Shown in pieces: positions 9,883-18,901 of a DNA stretch of 64,000 nt (the first letter of the stretch is position 1; each line of letters opens with the position of its first letter). Location of the stretch: NCBI GenBank assembly GCA_963666345.1, contig OY762721.1, forward strand, positions 1,696,001 to 1,760,000, written 5' to 3'. The DNA comes from Desulfatiglandales bacterium. GTDB lineage: Bacteria; Desulfobacterota; DSM-4660; Desulfatiglandales; Desulfatiglandaceae. Made by a program: the position numbers and the translations under genes. The notes under the pieces were generated by a model that had not been told where the DNA came from, made no database searches, and was given only the letters and a program-made list of their open reading frames with translations.

Positions 9883-10464
9883 TTAAGCGACACGATCCTC
9901 CAGGGCCGTCCAGTCAAGCAGCATTATCGCACAGGCGAGGACCGTAGTCCAGAGGCCTTTCTTATGGCCCCTTGCAGACTGGGCGATGCTCCTGCTCACG
10001 AACTGGGCCTGTCCGACCTTGTAAACCTTCTTGCGTTCATCCCAGGCCACGTCAGGGTCAAGTTCGATTCCGAGTGTGGATGCAAGCATTGTGGCGGCAA
10101 GATCTTCGGCGAAATCAGCCGATTTGAGTTTGGTCTCTCCAAAGGCGTGATGCTCGCTTATATATCCGTACTGGTCTTTGTCTTTAGGTCTTGCCAGCCC
10201 TATTGCGGCCGAAACAAGCCGGTTAGGTTCATTCGTGCATTCCTTGGCCATCACCGTAAAGGTGATCTGCCCGGGCTCCAGCTTCTGCACCCCTGCATCC
10301 CTTGATATGATCCTGCAATCAGGGGGGAATATACTGGATACATTCACCAGGTTACATTTCTGTATACCAGCACTCCTCAGGGCCAGCTCAAAACTCTGGA
10401 GTTTATTACGATGATAACCGACCCCTTTTGTAAAAAACATATTACTTGGAACCAATCTTTCCAA
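9883..10464 (-). CDS. pdaD: Pyruvoyl-dependent arginine decarboxylase
   Basis: SFELALRSAGI followed by the self-cleavage motif NLVNVSSIFP, and GYISEH; TTG start with a GGAG ribosome-binding site. Confidence 0.9.
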   Translation of the reverse strand: MERLVPSNMFFTKGVGYHRNKLQSFELALRSAGIQKCNLVNVSSIFPPDCRIISRDAGVQKLEPGQITFTVMAKECTNEPNRLVSAAIGLARPKDKDQYGYISEHHAFGETKLKSADFAEDLAATMLASTLGIELDPDVAWDERKKVYKVGQAQFVSRSIAQSARGHKKGLWTTVLACAIMLLDWTALEDRVA

Positions 10465-10700
10465 TTCTTATCTCCATGAAAATTCGTCTATGGGAAAGCG
10501 GTAAAATCCGCATGGATTACCCTTTATGCGTTCGCAAAAAGTCAAGCTTCGGACGGCACGGTAAAAGGGCCCGATCTCCCTGTCTTTTCACCGCAAAAAC
10601 GCTTTCTTATAAATCCGGAGCAAATGAATAGCAAGATTAAAATACGATATTATCGGCTTTAAGCAGTCATAAAACGTCAGTAGGCTCCGGCTGAAGAAAT

Positions 10701-11336
10701 TCAGGCCTGATCGCCTGGGAGGGGAAAAGGGCCTTCCAGGGTTTCATAGTCCCCTTCGGTGTCTATATCCCTGTCGTCGAAACCTGCAGGAGGATCCACA
10801 TGCAGGACCCGATCCTTATGTCTTTCAAAAAGGGCCCTTGCACCGGTATCTCCCTTGAGTTCCCTGAGCTCGCCGAAAAGCTCGCTGTTTATAATCACGG
10901 GATGAGATCTCCTCCCCCCTGACCACAGGGCTGCCAGAGGCAGTCGACACTCAAGGTATGCATGAAGGACTTTGTTGATAGCCGTTGATCCGACGTGAGG
11001 CATGTCTGCAAGCAGAATCATCAGGTGGGAGAAGCGGCCCTCCATTCTGCCGAGGCCCGCCTGGATGGAGGTGCTCATACCTTTACGGTAATCGGGATTT
11101 TCAATCACTTCCAGCCGGGGATCATAGAGATATCGTGAGACAACCGGCAGGAGAAGATTTTTCTCATGGCCGAGGACCAGCCCTACCCTGTTAAGGTCGG
11201 AACCGAGGGCCTCTTTGAGGGCCTTTTCAAGAAGGGTTCGGCCCCCTATTGGAAGCAGTTGTTTGACTCTTCCCATCCTTGTCGAGGCACCTGCCGCAAG
11301 AAGCAGTCCCGCCGCATTTTCTTTCTGCCTGCCCAT
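10701..11336 (-). CDS. mocA: Nucleotidyltransferase, molybdenum cofactor cytidylyltransferase (MocA-like)
   Basis: LLAAGASTRMGRVKQLL, GMSTSI, LADMP, GDTGAR and DIDT motifs of the NTP_transf_3 MocA subgroup. Confidence 0.8.
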   Translation of the reverse strand: MGRQKENAAGLLLAAGASTRMGRVKQLLPIGGRTLLEKALKEALGSDLNRVGLVLGHEKNLLLPVVSRYLYDPRLEVIENPDYRKGMSTSIQAGLGRMEGRFSHLMILLADMPHVGSTAINKVLHAYLECRLPLAALWSGGRRSHPVIINSELFGELRELKGDTGARALFERHKDRVLHVDPPAGFDDRDIDTEGDYETLEGPFPLPGDQA

Positions 11337-11343
11337 GGTCGGA

Positions 11344-11916
11344 CTAAACCGTCTCCAATTCCTTTGCTCCATGTCTAAGGCCGGCTTCAAAAACCTTCAG
11401 ATTCACGGACCTGAATCTGTCGGGACTGACCTGATCTATGGTCGCCTTAAACTCACCAGGGGCGAAGATCGAATTTTCAAAGGCGGAAAAATATCCAAGC
11501 ATGGCGAGATTGGAAGACATGGGCGCACCCAGCTCCATCGCGATCTTTCCCGCAGGCAGGCACCTGTGTCTTATCCCCATTTTATCAAGATAGGCTATTA
11601 CCATGGGACGCGGAAAAACACCCGGTTCGGCATTCACATACATCCCGCCGCCTGAAGCAAGATAGGGCAGATTACGATAGGCCTCGTTTTCCTCAAGCGC
11701 AAGCAGATAATCCGCAGACCCGGTCCTGATAAGACTGCTGTTTACTTTGCCCAGCCTCAGATGTGATACGACGGAACCTCCCCGCTGGGCCATGCCGTGT
11801 GTCTCGGCACCCATTATGTCCAGCCCCTTATTCAGTGCCGCATTTGCAACGATCTTGGTCATAAACAATATCCCCTGTCCTCCAAGACCACTCAACAGGA
11901 AATCGGCCTTTTCCAT
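11344..11916 (-). CDS. iorB: Indolepyruvate:ferredoxin oxidoreductase subunit beta
   Basis: GLGGQG and ETHGMAQRGGSVVSH motifs; directly downstream of iorA. Confidence 0.9.
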   Translation of the reverse strand: MEKADFLLSGLGGQGILFMTKIVANAALNKGLDIMGAETHGMAQRGGSVVSHLRLGKVNSSLIRTGSADYLLALEENEAYRNLPYLASGGGMYVNAEPGVFPRPMVIAYLDKMGIRHRCLPAGKIAMELGAPMSSNLAMLGYFSAFENSIFAPGEFKATIDQVSPDRFRSVNLKVFEAGLRHGAKELETV

Positions 11917-11960
11917 GCCCCCCCTCTCCTTCCGGCTCCACGAGTTTCTTATGTCACAGG

Positions 11961-13820
11961 CTATGCCTCTACAATAGCGCCTTTCGGACACACCTCGAGA
12001 CAGACCCCGCAGCCGATGCAAAGCGCCTGGCTGACTGCCGTCCTTTCCAGTTTATCATCCCTGTAAAGGGCCGGACATTCAAATCTGTCAAGACATATGC
12101 TGCAGTCCACGCAGTCATCGGTTATTATAACTTTTTTCCTGACCGGTACGGCCTTTTCCCTGTAGGCGATTACACAGGGGTGACGGGCTATAACCACCGC
12201 GATCCCCCCCTCAGGGTCATCCGTGTAGGCGACCGCCTTCTTCAGGACCTCCATGGTTTTCTTCACATCATAGGGATCAACCACCTCCACAAAGTCGATC
12301 CCGCAGCCGGTTGCCGCCCTTTCAAGGGATATACTCCTTCCTTTACTCCCATCGGCCCTGATCCCCAGCCCCGGAGTGGGCTGCATTCCCGTCATGGCTG
12401 TCGTCATGTTATCGAGAATCACCAGCACGAACCGTGAATCGTTATATACCGCGTTTAAAAGCCCTGCCGTGCCTGAGTGGAAAAAAGTCGAATCCCCTAT
12501 TGTGGCCACGATAGGCTGTTTTACATTATCCTGTTCAAAGGCATGATAGAACCCTGACGCCATTGTTATGGCACCCCCCATATCCAGGCAGGTGTCCACC
12601 CCGCCCAGGTTTAGGCCCAGGGTGTAGCATCCTATGTCGGAGGTGAATATGGCCTTTGGCCTTACCTTTCTTATCGCGTAGAATGCCGCTCTGTGAGGAC
12701 ATCCGGGGCACAGAGTCGGTTTTCTTACAGGCAGGTCCAGCTTCTGCACCAGCTCGATCGGCTCCCTGTCCTCGGTCCCGGAAAACGGCTTTAGACCTGT
12801 TTCCTGAAGCACCACATCTACTATGGAATAGATGACCTGCGGCACGAGTTCTCCCTCGGAAGGCACATGCCCGGAGAGTCTTCCAAGCACCTTTTCCCTG
12901 TCGCGCAGGAAATACTCTATAACCGAGTCCGTCTCTTCAAGTACAAGCACCCTGGCACACTTAGACATGAACCGTCCCGCCAACCCTTCCGGAAAGGGGA
13001 AAGGGGTCCCGAGTTTCAGCAGCGGGATATCCTTTCGTCCCTCTTCGATCAGGATGTCGGAGATAACCGAATAGGGCACCCCGCCTGCGACTATGCCCAG
13101 AGGGTAATTTTTTCCGTCTTCCAGATTATGGAAGTTTATTTCACTGAGCTGATCGAATCTTTCTCCTATGCTTTTGAGTTTCAGGTTGAGTTCCCTGTGC
13201 AGTTTGAGGCGAAAACGCGGAGTAGCGGCCCATCTGGAGGGATCTTTTTCAAAAGAGGCGTTTTTCATGTTGCTCACCAGTTCGCCTCTGACAAGATTCT
13301 GTCTGGCATGACAGACCCTTATTGCGGGCCTCAGGATGACCGGGACAAGAAATTCTTCCGATATCTCCATGGCCAGTCGTGCCATTTTCCTTGCCTCTTG
13401 CGGAGTGGAGGGATCCATTACAGGGACCTTTGCAAGCCTTGCCATAAGCCTGGTATCCTGTTCGGTCTGCGAGGAATGCGGCCCCGGGTCGTCACACGAT
13501 ATTATGACAAAGCCTGCGGAGGTTCCCATATAGGCGGCGCTCATGAGAGAGTCTGAAGCCACATTCAAGCCCACCTGTTTCATGCAGCATGCTGCCCGCT
13601 TGCCTGAAACAGCGGCTGCAAAGGCGTTGTCGAGTGCGACCTTCTCATTGGTGGACCATTCCACATAGGTATTGAGCCCCTCTGATTTTACGAGCCGGAC
13701 GACCTCCGGAAGGATCTCTGAACTGGGTGTTCCGGGATAAGAGGTGACTACCTGACAACCGGACTCCACAAGACCCAGTGCAACAGCCCCGTTTCCTAAA
13801 TAAATCTCCTCAATGCTCAT
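11961..13820 (-). CDS. iorA: Indolepyruvate:ferredoxin oxidoreductase subunit alpha
   Basis: YPGTPSSE, MKQVGLNVA, DDPGPHSSQTEQD, LCPGCPH, DIGCYTLG, TPP motif GDSTFFHSG and two C-terminal 4Fe-4S motifs. Confidence 0.92.
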   Translation of the reverse strand: MSIEEIYLGNGAVALGLVESGCQVVTSYPGTPSSEILPEVVRLVKSEGLNTYVEWSTNEKVALDNAFAAAVSGKRAACCMKQVGLNVASDSLMSAAYMGTSAGFVIISCDDPGPHSSQTEQDTRLMARLAKVPVMDPSTPQEARKMARLAMEISEEFLVPVILRPAIRVCHARQNLVRGELVSNMKNASFEKDPSRWAATPRFRLKLHRELNLKLKSIGERFDQLSEINFHNLEDGKNYPLGIVAGGVPYSVISDILIEEGRKDIPLLKLGTPFPFPEGLAGRFMSKCARVLVLEETDSVIEYFLRDREKVLGRLSGHVPSEGELVPQVIYSIVDVVLQETGLKPFSGTEDREPIELVQKLDLPVRKPTLCPGCPHRAAFYAIRKVRPKAIFTSDIGCYTLGLNLGGVDTCLDMGGAITMASGFYHAFEQDNVKQPIVATIGDSTFFHSGTAGLLNAVYNDSRFVLVILDNMTTAMTGMQPTPGLGIRADGSKGRSISLERAATGCGIDFVEVVDPYDVKKTMEVLKKAVAYTDDPEGGIAVVIARHPCVIAYREKAVPVRKKVIITDDCVDCSICLDRFECPALYRDDKLERTAVSQALCIGCGVCLEVCPKGAIVEA

Positions 13821-14098
13821 TATTCCCCCTTTATCCTCTCCTTGGCCTGTTCGATCAAATCCATAAGTGAGTGCACCTTTGTCTTGGAAGGCCTTGTAAA
13901 GGCCTTTTCCCACTGCTCCCGGTCCAGCATGTCACTCAGATAGTCCTCTACCTGAAAGTGGGTATGCCAGCAGTCAAGGGTCTTGAAACAGGGCAGTCCG
14001 CTGTTTTCCCTCAAGCAGTAGGAAAACTGGATCTGATGGCCCAGTCTCGGGCACCTGATCTTATAATCATCATCCGGGGGTGTAAGCTTTTTTTCCAT
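13820..14098 (-). CDS. Small Cys-rich hypothetical protein
   Basis: 92 aa with CPRLGH..YC..PC..CW; ribosome-binding site present; the stop overlaps the iorA start (TAATG). Confidence 0.75.
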   Translation of the reverse strand: MEKKLTPPDDDYKIRCPRLGHQIQFSYCLRENSGLPCFKTLDCWHTHFQVEDYLSDMLDREQWEKAFTRPSKTKVHSLMDLIEQAKERIKGE

Positions 14099-14162
14099 GG
14101 CTCCCTATTTCAACCCATAAGGCCGTATCGGCCTCATGGGTTTTCATGAATGGTGATGGTTT

Positions 14163-15539
14163 TCATCCCGTGTACTGTCTGGGTTTGGGAAGGGGTGCAA
14201 TCTCGCTGAGGGCCCTCTGGATCTCTTCCTCCGCCAGGGCGTGATCAGCCAGTTTGCCTGTAAGATATGCCTCGTAGGCAGCCATATCAACAAGGCCGTG
14301 ACCGCTCCAGTTAAAGAGTATGACCTTTTCCTTTCCCTCCTCCTTTGCCTTCAGCGCCTCACGGATCGTAACGGCAACGGCGTGATTTGTCTCAGGCGCG
14401 CTTATAAAGCCCTCGGTCCTGGCAAAGGCGATACCGGCTTCGAAGGTCTCAAGCTGCGGCACTGCCACCGGTCGAATAAGGTTATCCAGTATGAGCTGGC
14501 TGATAAGCGGGGCCATTCCATGATACCTCAGTCCGCCTGCATGTATCGGTTCGGGGACAAAACCGTGTCCCAGGGTATGCATGGGAAGGAGCGGGGTCAT
14601 CTGAACCGTATCCCCGAAATCGTATGCAAAGGGCCCCCTTGTCATGGTAGGGCATGACTCCGGCTCAACACCGATTATATCTATATCCTTGCCGTGGATC
14701 TTATCTCTTACAAATGGAAAGCAGTTTCCGGCGAAATTGCTTCCGCCTCCTGCGCAGCCTATGACGACATCAGGATAATCACCTGTAAGGGCCATCTGTT
14801 TCTGTGTTTCAAGACCGTTTATCGTCTGGTGAAGCATGACATGGTTGAGGACGCTTCCAAGCGAATACTTACTGTTTTCATCCATGACAGCTGCCTCAAC
14901 CGCCTCGCTTATGGCCATTCCGAGGCTGCCTGGTGAGTCGGGGTTCTGCTCCAGGATCGATCGCCCCGCCTTAGTCTCGGTGCTGGGGCTCGCCGTGCAG
15001 CTTGCCCCCCATGTCTCCATCATCATGCGGCGGTAGGGTTTTTGCTGATAGCTGATCTTGACCATGAAGACCTTGCACTCAAGGCCGAACATTGCGCAGC
15101 ACATGGAAAGGGCGCTTCCCCACTGGCCGGCCCCTGTCTCGGTCGTGATCCTCTTTGTCCCGGCGACCTTGTTGTAATAGGCCTGAGCAATGGCCGTATT
15201 GGGCTTGTGGCTTCCGGCAGGGCTCACCCCCTCGTTCTTGAAATAGATCCTTGCGGGGGTATCAAGATATTTCTCCAATTCATAGGCCCTGTAGAGGGGT
15301 GTAGGTCTCCAGATGGCATATTTTTCAAGTACCTCCTCCGGGATATCTATCCATCTTTCCTGGCTGACCTCCTGTTCGATCAGGTTCATCGGAAAGATGG
15401 GCGCCAAATCATCAGGACCGACCGGCTCTCCAGTACCGGGATGAAGCGGCGGCTCCATCGGTGTGGGCATATCAGCCTGGATGTTATACCACTGGCGCGG
15501 CAATTCCGACTCGGGTAAAACGATCTTCTTGGCCTTCAT
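14163..15539 (-). CDS. trpB2: TrpB2-type PLP enzyme (stand-alone tryptophan synthase beta chain 2)
   Basis: WYNIQAD N-terminus, GSHKPNTA (PLP Lys), [26 protein letters not shown] and SGHG; strong AGGAGG ribosome-binding site. Confidence 0.92.
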   Translation of the reverse strand: MKAKKIVLPESELPRQWYNIQADMPTPMEPPLHPGTGEPVGPDDLAPIFPMNLIEQEVSQERWIDIPEEVLEKYAIWRPTPLYRAYELEKYLDTPARIYFKNEGVSPAGSHKPNTAIAQAYYNKVAGTKRITTETGAGQWGSALSMCCAMFGLECKVFMVKISYQQKPYRRMMMETWGASCTASPSTETKAGRSILEQNPDSPGSLGMAISEAVEAAVMDENSKYSLGSVLNHVMLHQTINGLETQKQMALTGDYPDVVIGCAGGGSNFAGNCFPFVRDKIHGKDIDIIGVEPESCPTMTRGPFAYDFGDTVQMTPLLPMHTLGHGFVPEPIHAGGLRYHGMAPLISQLILDNLIRPVAVPQLETFEAGIAFARTEGFISAPETNHAVAVTIREALKAKEEGKEKVILFNWSGHGLVDMAAYEAYLTGKLADHALAEEEIQRALSEIAPLPKPRQYTG

Positions 15540-15832
15540 GACTCCTCCTTTCGTCCACTTAAGTTCCCGTTTCGGCACGCAGCATCCTTGCTGCGAACCA
15601 GCCTATGACCTTAAATTTTCCAGACTTGCGAAGTGCTTGACTTGCCACTGACACTTCGATAGAGCCTGGCGGCCTAAAACAAGAAAAACCCCGAGTCAGG
15701 CTGATATCATCGCGCAGGCGAACAAGAGAACGATGGAGAGTTCAAAACAGCTGTAGTAAAGGCTTCAGGAATCACTCAAACGATATGCCACCGAAAACGA
15801 AGCAAAAAAGGAACCCAAAAGAATTGAAACAA

Positions 15833-15862
15833 AGCATACTATTCTTTACCCTATAAAGTCAA
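15833..15862 (-). promoter_or_regulatory. Candidate sigma70 promoter of the trpB2-ior operon
   Basis: TTGACT-18 nt-TATGCT on the minus strand in an AT-rich stretch, about 290 nt upstream of trpB2. Confidence 0.45.
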
Positions 15863-15952
15863 ACAAGATATTAGTTAGGTATCATATATTTTTATTAGAA
15901 AACAGACGACTTTTTCTTTTAAGATAAGGAGGGCATCAAAGCACTCAAGGGC

Positions 15953-17575
15953 CTAATAACCAAGGGCAAGGCCGTCTTTTCTCCTGTCGGAGGCCCCCAT
16001 GAGGATGTCTTGGACCGGATCAAGGTATATGGCCTGTCCGCCACCGACCTGATTTACTGAAAAGTCCGACCCTGCAGACTCATGGCCCCTTTTTTCGAGA
16101 GATGAAACGGTCTCATGGGGGATACCTCCCTCAAAATAGACCTTCCGTCCCTTAAGATGCCTTACCCTCGGCGCGTCCACCGCCTCCTGGATATTCATCT
16201 TGAAATCTATAATATTGACAAGGAACTGCACATGCCCCTGAGGCTGCATATCGCCCCCCATAACTCCGAAGCTCATCAAAAATCGGCCTTCTTTGAAAAG
16301 CATGGCGGGGATGATGGTGTGCATCGGTCTTTTTAAAGGCTCTATCCTGTTACGGTGATCCTCCTTCATGGAAAAGGAATACCCCCTGTTATGGAGGATT
16401 ATGCCTGTATGATCCACGACCATGCCTGAGCCGAAGGGCATGAAGATACTGCTTATAAAGGAGGCTGCATTCCTGTCCTTGTCAACAGCGGTAACGTAGA
16501 CGGTTTCGGAGCCCTGGGGAAAGGTCGAATAAATCAAATGGCAGGCCCTGTGAGGATCGATATTTTGCCTCTGCCTGTCAGCATATTCCTTTGAAATAAG
16601 TCTTTCTACCGGTACCTCTGAAAACCTGGGGTCTGCGATAAATCTGTCCCTGTCATAGAACGCGAGTTTTTTCGCCTCTATTAGCAGATGAAGAAATTCA
16701 GGGCTGTTGTGCCCAAGCCCCCCGATGTCGAACCCCTCCATGATATTCAGCATTTCAAGAGCGGTAACCCCCTGACCGTTGGGTGGAAGTTCAAAGACCG
16801 TGTAACCCCTGTAATCGGTTGAAAGGGGTTTCACCCAGGAGGAGGTATGCCCTTCAAAATCACTCCTTGTGAAAAGGCCTCCCTCACGATCCGAAAATTT
16901 TATGATTTTATCGCATATATCTCCGGAGTAAAAGGCCTCTGTACCTTCATCCGCAATCACCCTGTAGGTAGCGGCGATATCCCTATTTCTGAACAGACTT
17001 CCGGGGCCGGGGGCCTTTCCGTTGATCAGATATGTCTTTGCCGAACCTTCATGGGATGCCAGAAGGGATTCGCAGTCTTTCCATTCTCCTGCTATCACCT
17101 CGGTAACGGGGAACCCGTTTTCACCGTAATAGATCGCATCCTCAAACAGATCCCTCGGCTCCATGGTTCCATATCTGTCTATGGCCTCATACCATCCATG
17201 AAGCGCCCCCGGCACGGTGGCCGAAAGGATGCCTCTTTCAGGAATCGCCTTGAGCCCCATCCTGCCGAGGGTCGAGATGTCCGCCCTGCCCGGGGCCCTT
17301 CCGCTTCCGTTCAATCCGATGACATCTCCGTCTTCCGCCATGTAAATAAGCCCGAAGGCGTCCCCGCCCAGACCAACGGAAAAGGGTTCCACCACGCTCA
17401 GGGTGCTGAGCATTGAAACCGCCGCGTCCACGGCATTTCCGCCTTTAGAAAGTATCTTATAGCCGGATAAGGTGGCAAGCTGCTGGCTTGAGGCCGCCAT
17501 GCCATGTGCGCCCATGGCGACCGATCTCTGCGCATAGTTTTGCGCCTCTCTCTTGTTCGAATAGATAAATTTCAT
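15953..17575 (-). CDS. ggt: Gamma-glutamyltransferase family Ntn hydrolase
   Basis: GGNAVDAA, VPG, ELPPNGQG, autoprocessing site SE/TVYV, KRPMHTIIP, GVMGGDMQPQGH and SDRRKDG. Confidence 0.9.
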   Translation of the reverse strand: MKFIYSNKREAQNYAQRSVAMGAHGMAASSQQLATLSGYKILSKGGNAVDAAVSMLSTLSVVEPFSVGLGGDAFGLIYMAEDGDVIGLNGSGRAPGRADISTLGRMGLKAIPERGILSATVPGALHGWYEAIDRYGTMEPRDLFEDAIYYGENGFPVTEVIAGEWKDCESLLASHEGSAKTYLINGKAPGPGSLFRNRDIAATYRVIADEGTEAFYSGDICDKIIKFSDREGGLFTRSDFEGHTSSWVKPLSTDYRGYTVFELPPNGQGVTALEMLNIMEGFDIGGLGHNSPEFLHLLIEAKKLAFYDRDRFIADPRFSEVPVERLISKEYADRQRQNIDPHRACHLIYSTFPQGSETVYVTAVDKDRNAASFISSIFMPFGSGMVVDHTGIILHNRGYSFSMKEDHRNRIEPLKRPMHTIIPAMLFKEGRFLMSFGVMGGDMQPQGHVQFLVNIIDFKMNIQEAVDAPRVRHLKGRKVYFEGGIPHETVSSLEKRGHESAGSDFSVNQVGGGQAIYLDPVQDILMGASDRRKDGLALGY

Positions 17576-17646
17576 ATCCAAGACCTCCAGGACGGGATCT
17601 CTTTTAGGTCTGCTGCCAAGATTTCAGTTCCGGACAAAGGGAAACA

Positions 17647-18420
17647 CTAAAACAGGCTGATAAAAAAGTCTACCGCTCCAAGCAGTTTGGCTGAAGAAAC
17701 AGCAACCACGGCTATGAGCAACCACCGGACAAAAACGGCACCCCGCTCCATTGCCAGCTTGGCGGCAAGCCACCCCCCCAGGGCGTTTCCAATCGCCAGC
17801 AGGAGACCCAGATCCCACCTTACCTGTCCGTTGATCATAAACACGATCAACGCGAAAATGGTAAAAGAAAAGATGATCAACAGCTTCACTGCATTGGCCC
17901 TTACAAGGTCATACCCCACGGACAGAACCAGGCCTGCCAGTAAAAACACCCCCACTCCGGCCTGGATAAATCCTCCGTACATGCCGATGCCGAAAAAAAG
18001 AATAAGCTGGAAAAGGTTCGGGCGACCCTCGAGCCTTTCCAGATCCCCTTCAAGCCACCTCTTGGGCCGGGCGATTATTATGACAAGCATCACCGCCATC
18101 AGTGCCCCGATGACCCTTCTCAGCATCTGCTCGTCCAGGTTGACCGCTATCTGGGCGCCTATTATTCCGCCTATTGCCGCGGGAGCCGTGAGCATCAAGC
18201 CCCCCTTAAGATCAAGCATCTTCCTTTTTTTAAAGCTCTTAAGGGCCACATAATTCTGTATGAGAATGCCCACCCTGTTTGTGCCGTTTGCCACATTCGC
18301 CGGGATACCCAGGAATATCAAAAGGGGAAGTGAAATCAGAGAGCCGCTGCCTGCAAGGGTGTTGATGAAACCGCAGCCGAACCCGGCCGCTATAACTGCA
18401 GGATAAATATACCACTCCAT
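17647..18420 (-). CDS. TauE/SafE family membrane exporter
   Basis: GFINTLAGSGSLI, ANGTNR and GMYGGFIQAGVG; multiple hydrophobic helices. Confidence 0.88.
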   Translation of the reverse strand: MEWYIYPAVIAAGFGCGFINTLAGSGSLISLPLLIFLGIPANVANGTNRVGILIQNYVALKSFKKRKMLDLKGGLMLTAPAAIGGIIGAQIAVNLDEQMLRRVIGALMAVMLVIIIARPKRWLEGDLERLEGRPNLFQLILFFGIGMYGGFIQAGVGVFLLAGLVLSVGYDLVRANAVKLLIIFSFTIFALIVFMINGQVRWDLGLLLAIGNALGGWLAAKLAMERGAVFVRWLLIAVVAVSSAKLLGAVDFFISLF

Positions 18421-18901
18421 AGTCTTTTTCCTTTGAATTTCTTATTGTAATACATTACCTGAAAACGCGATCAAACTCATCACATTACAATTGAACCGAT
18501 TGACCGCGCGATAAAAACGGCCTGTCCCGCAGCAAAACAACGAGGCATCAATCGCAATTCCCATGCTCACGGCAAGGGATGGGCATTTTGGGAATTTTCA
18601 GCCTTCGGCGGATCAAACAGGGGAGGCCGGGTCAGGTTCAATAAACTGCGAATGATAGGTAATGGACATGCAGGTGTCAAAGAAAAAGAACCGGCACATG
18701 GAAATCTCCAACGCCTTTGACACCATATATTCTACTTGACACAATTATTTTTTTATTGTTCAATTTATGACAAATTGGGCCCACATCGTAAAATAAACCA
18801 TTAATTCTCATTAAAAATCAGAGCCGAAACAGTCCTCAAAAAAAACAAGAAAATGAGACCGACCCAGACTCCCACCAATAAGAAATCATGGAGTTGTTAT
18901 A

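Noticed and set aside
18500..18620. c-di-GMP riboswitch upstream of pilT
   Set aside because: A hairpin exists (AATTCCCA...TGGGAATT), but the GGCAAA/GAAA/GACGCAAA GEMM pattern is not seen.
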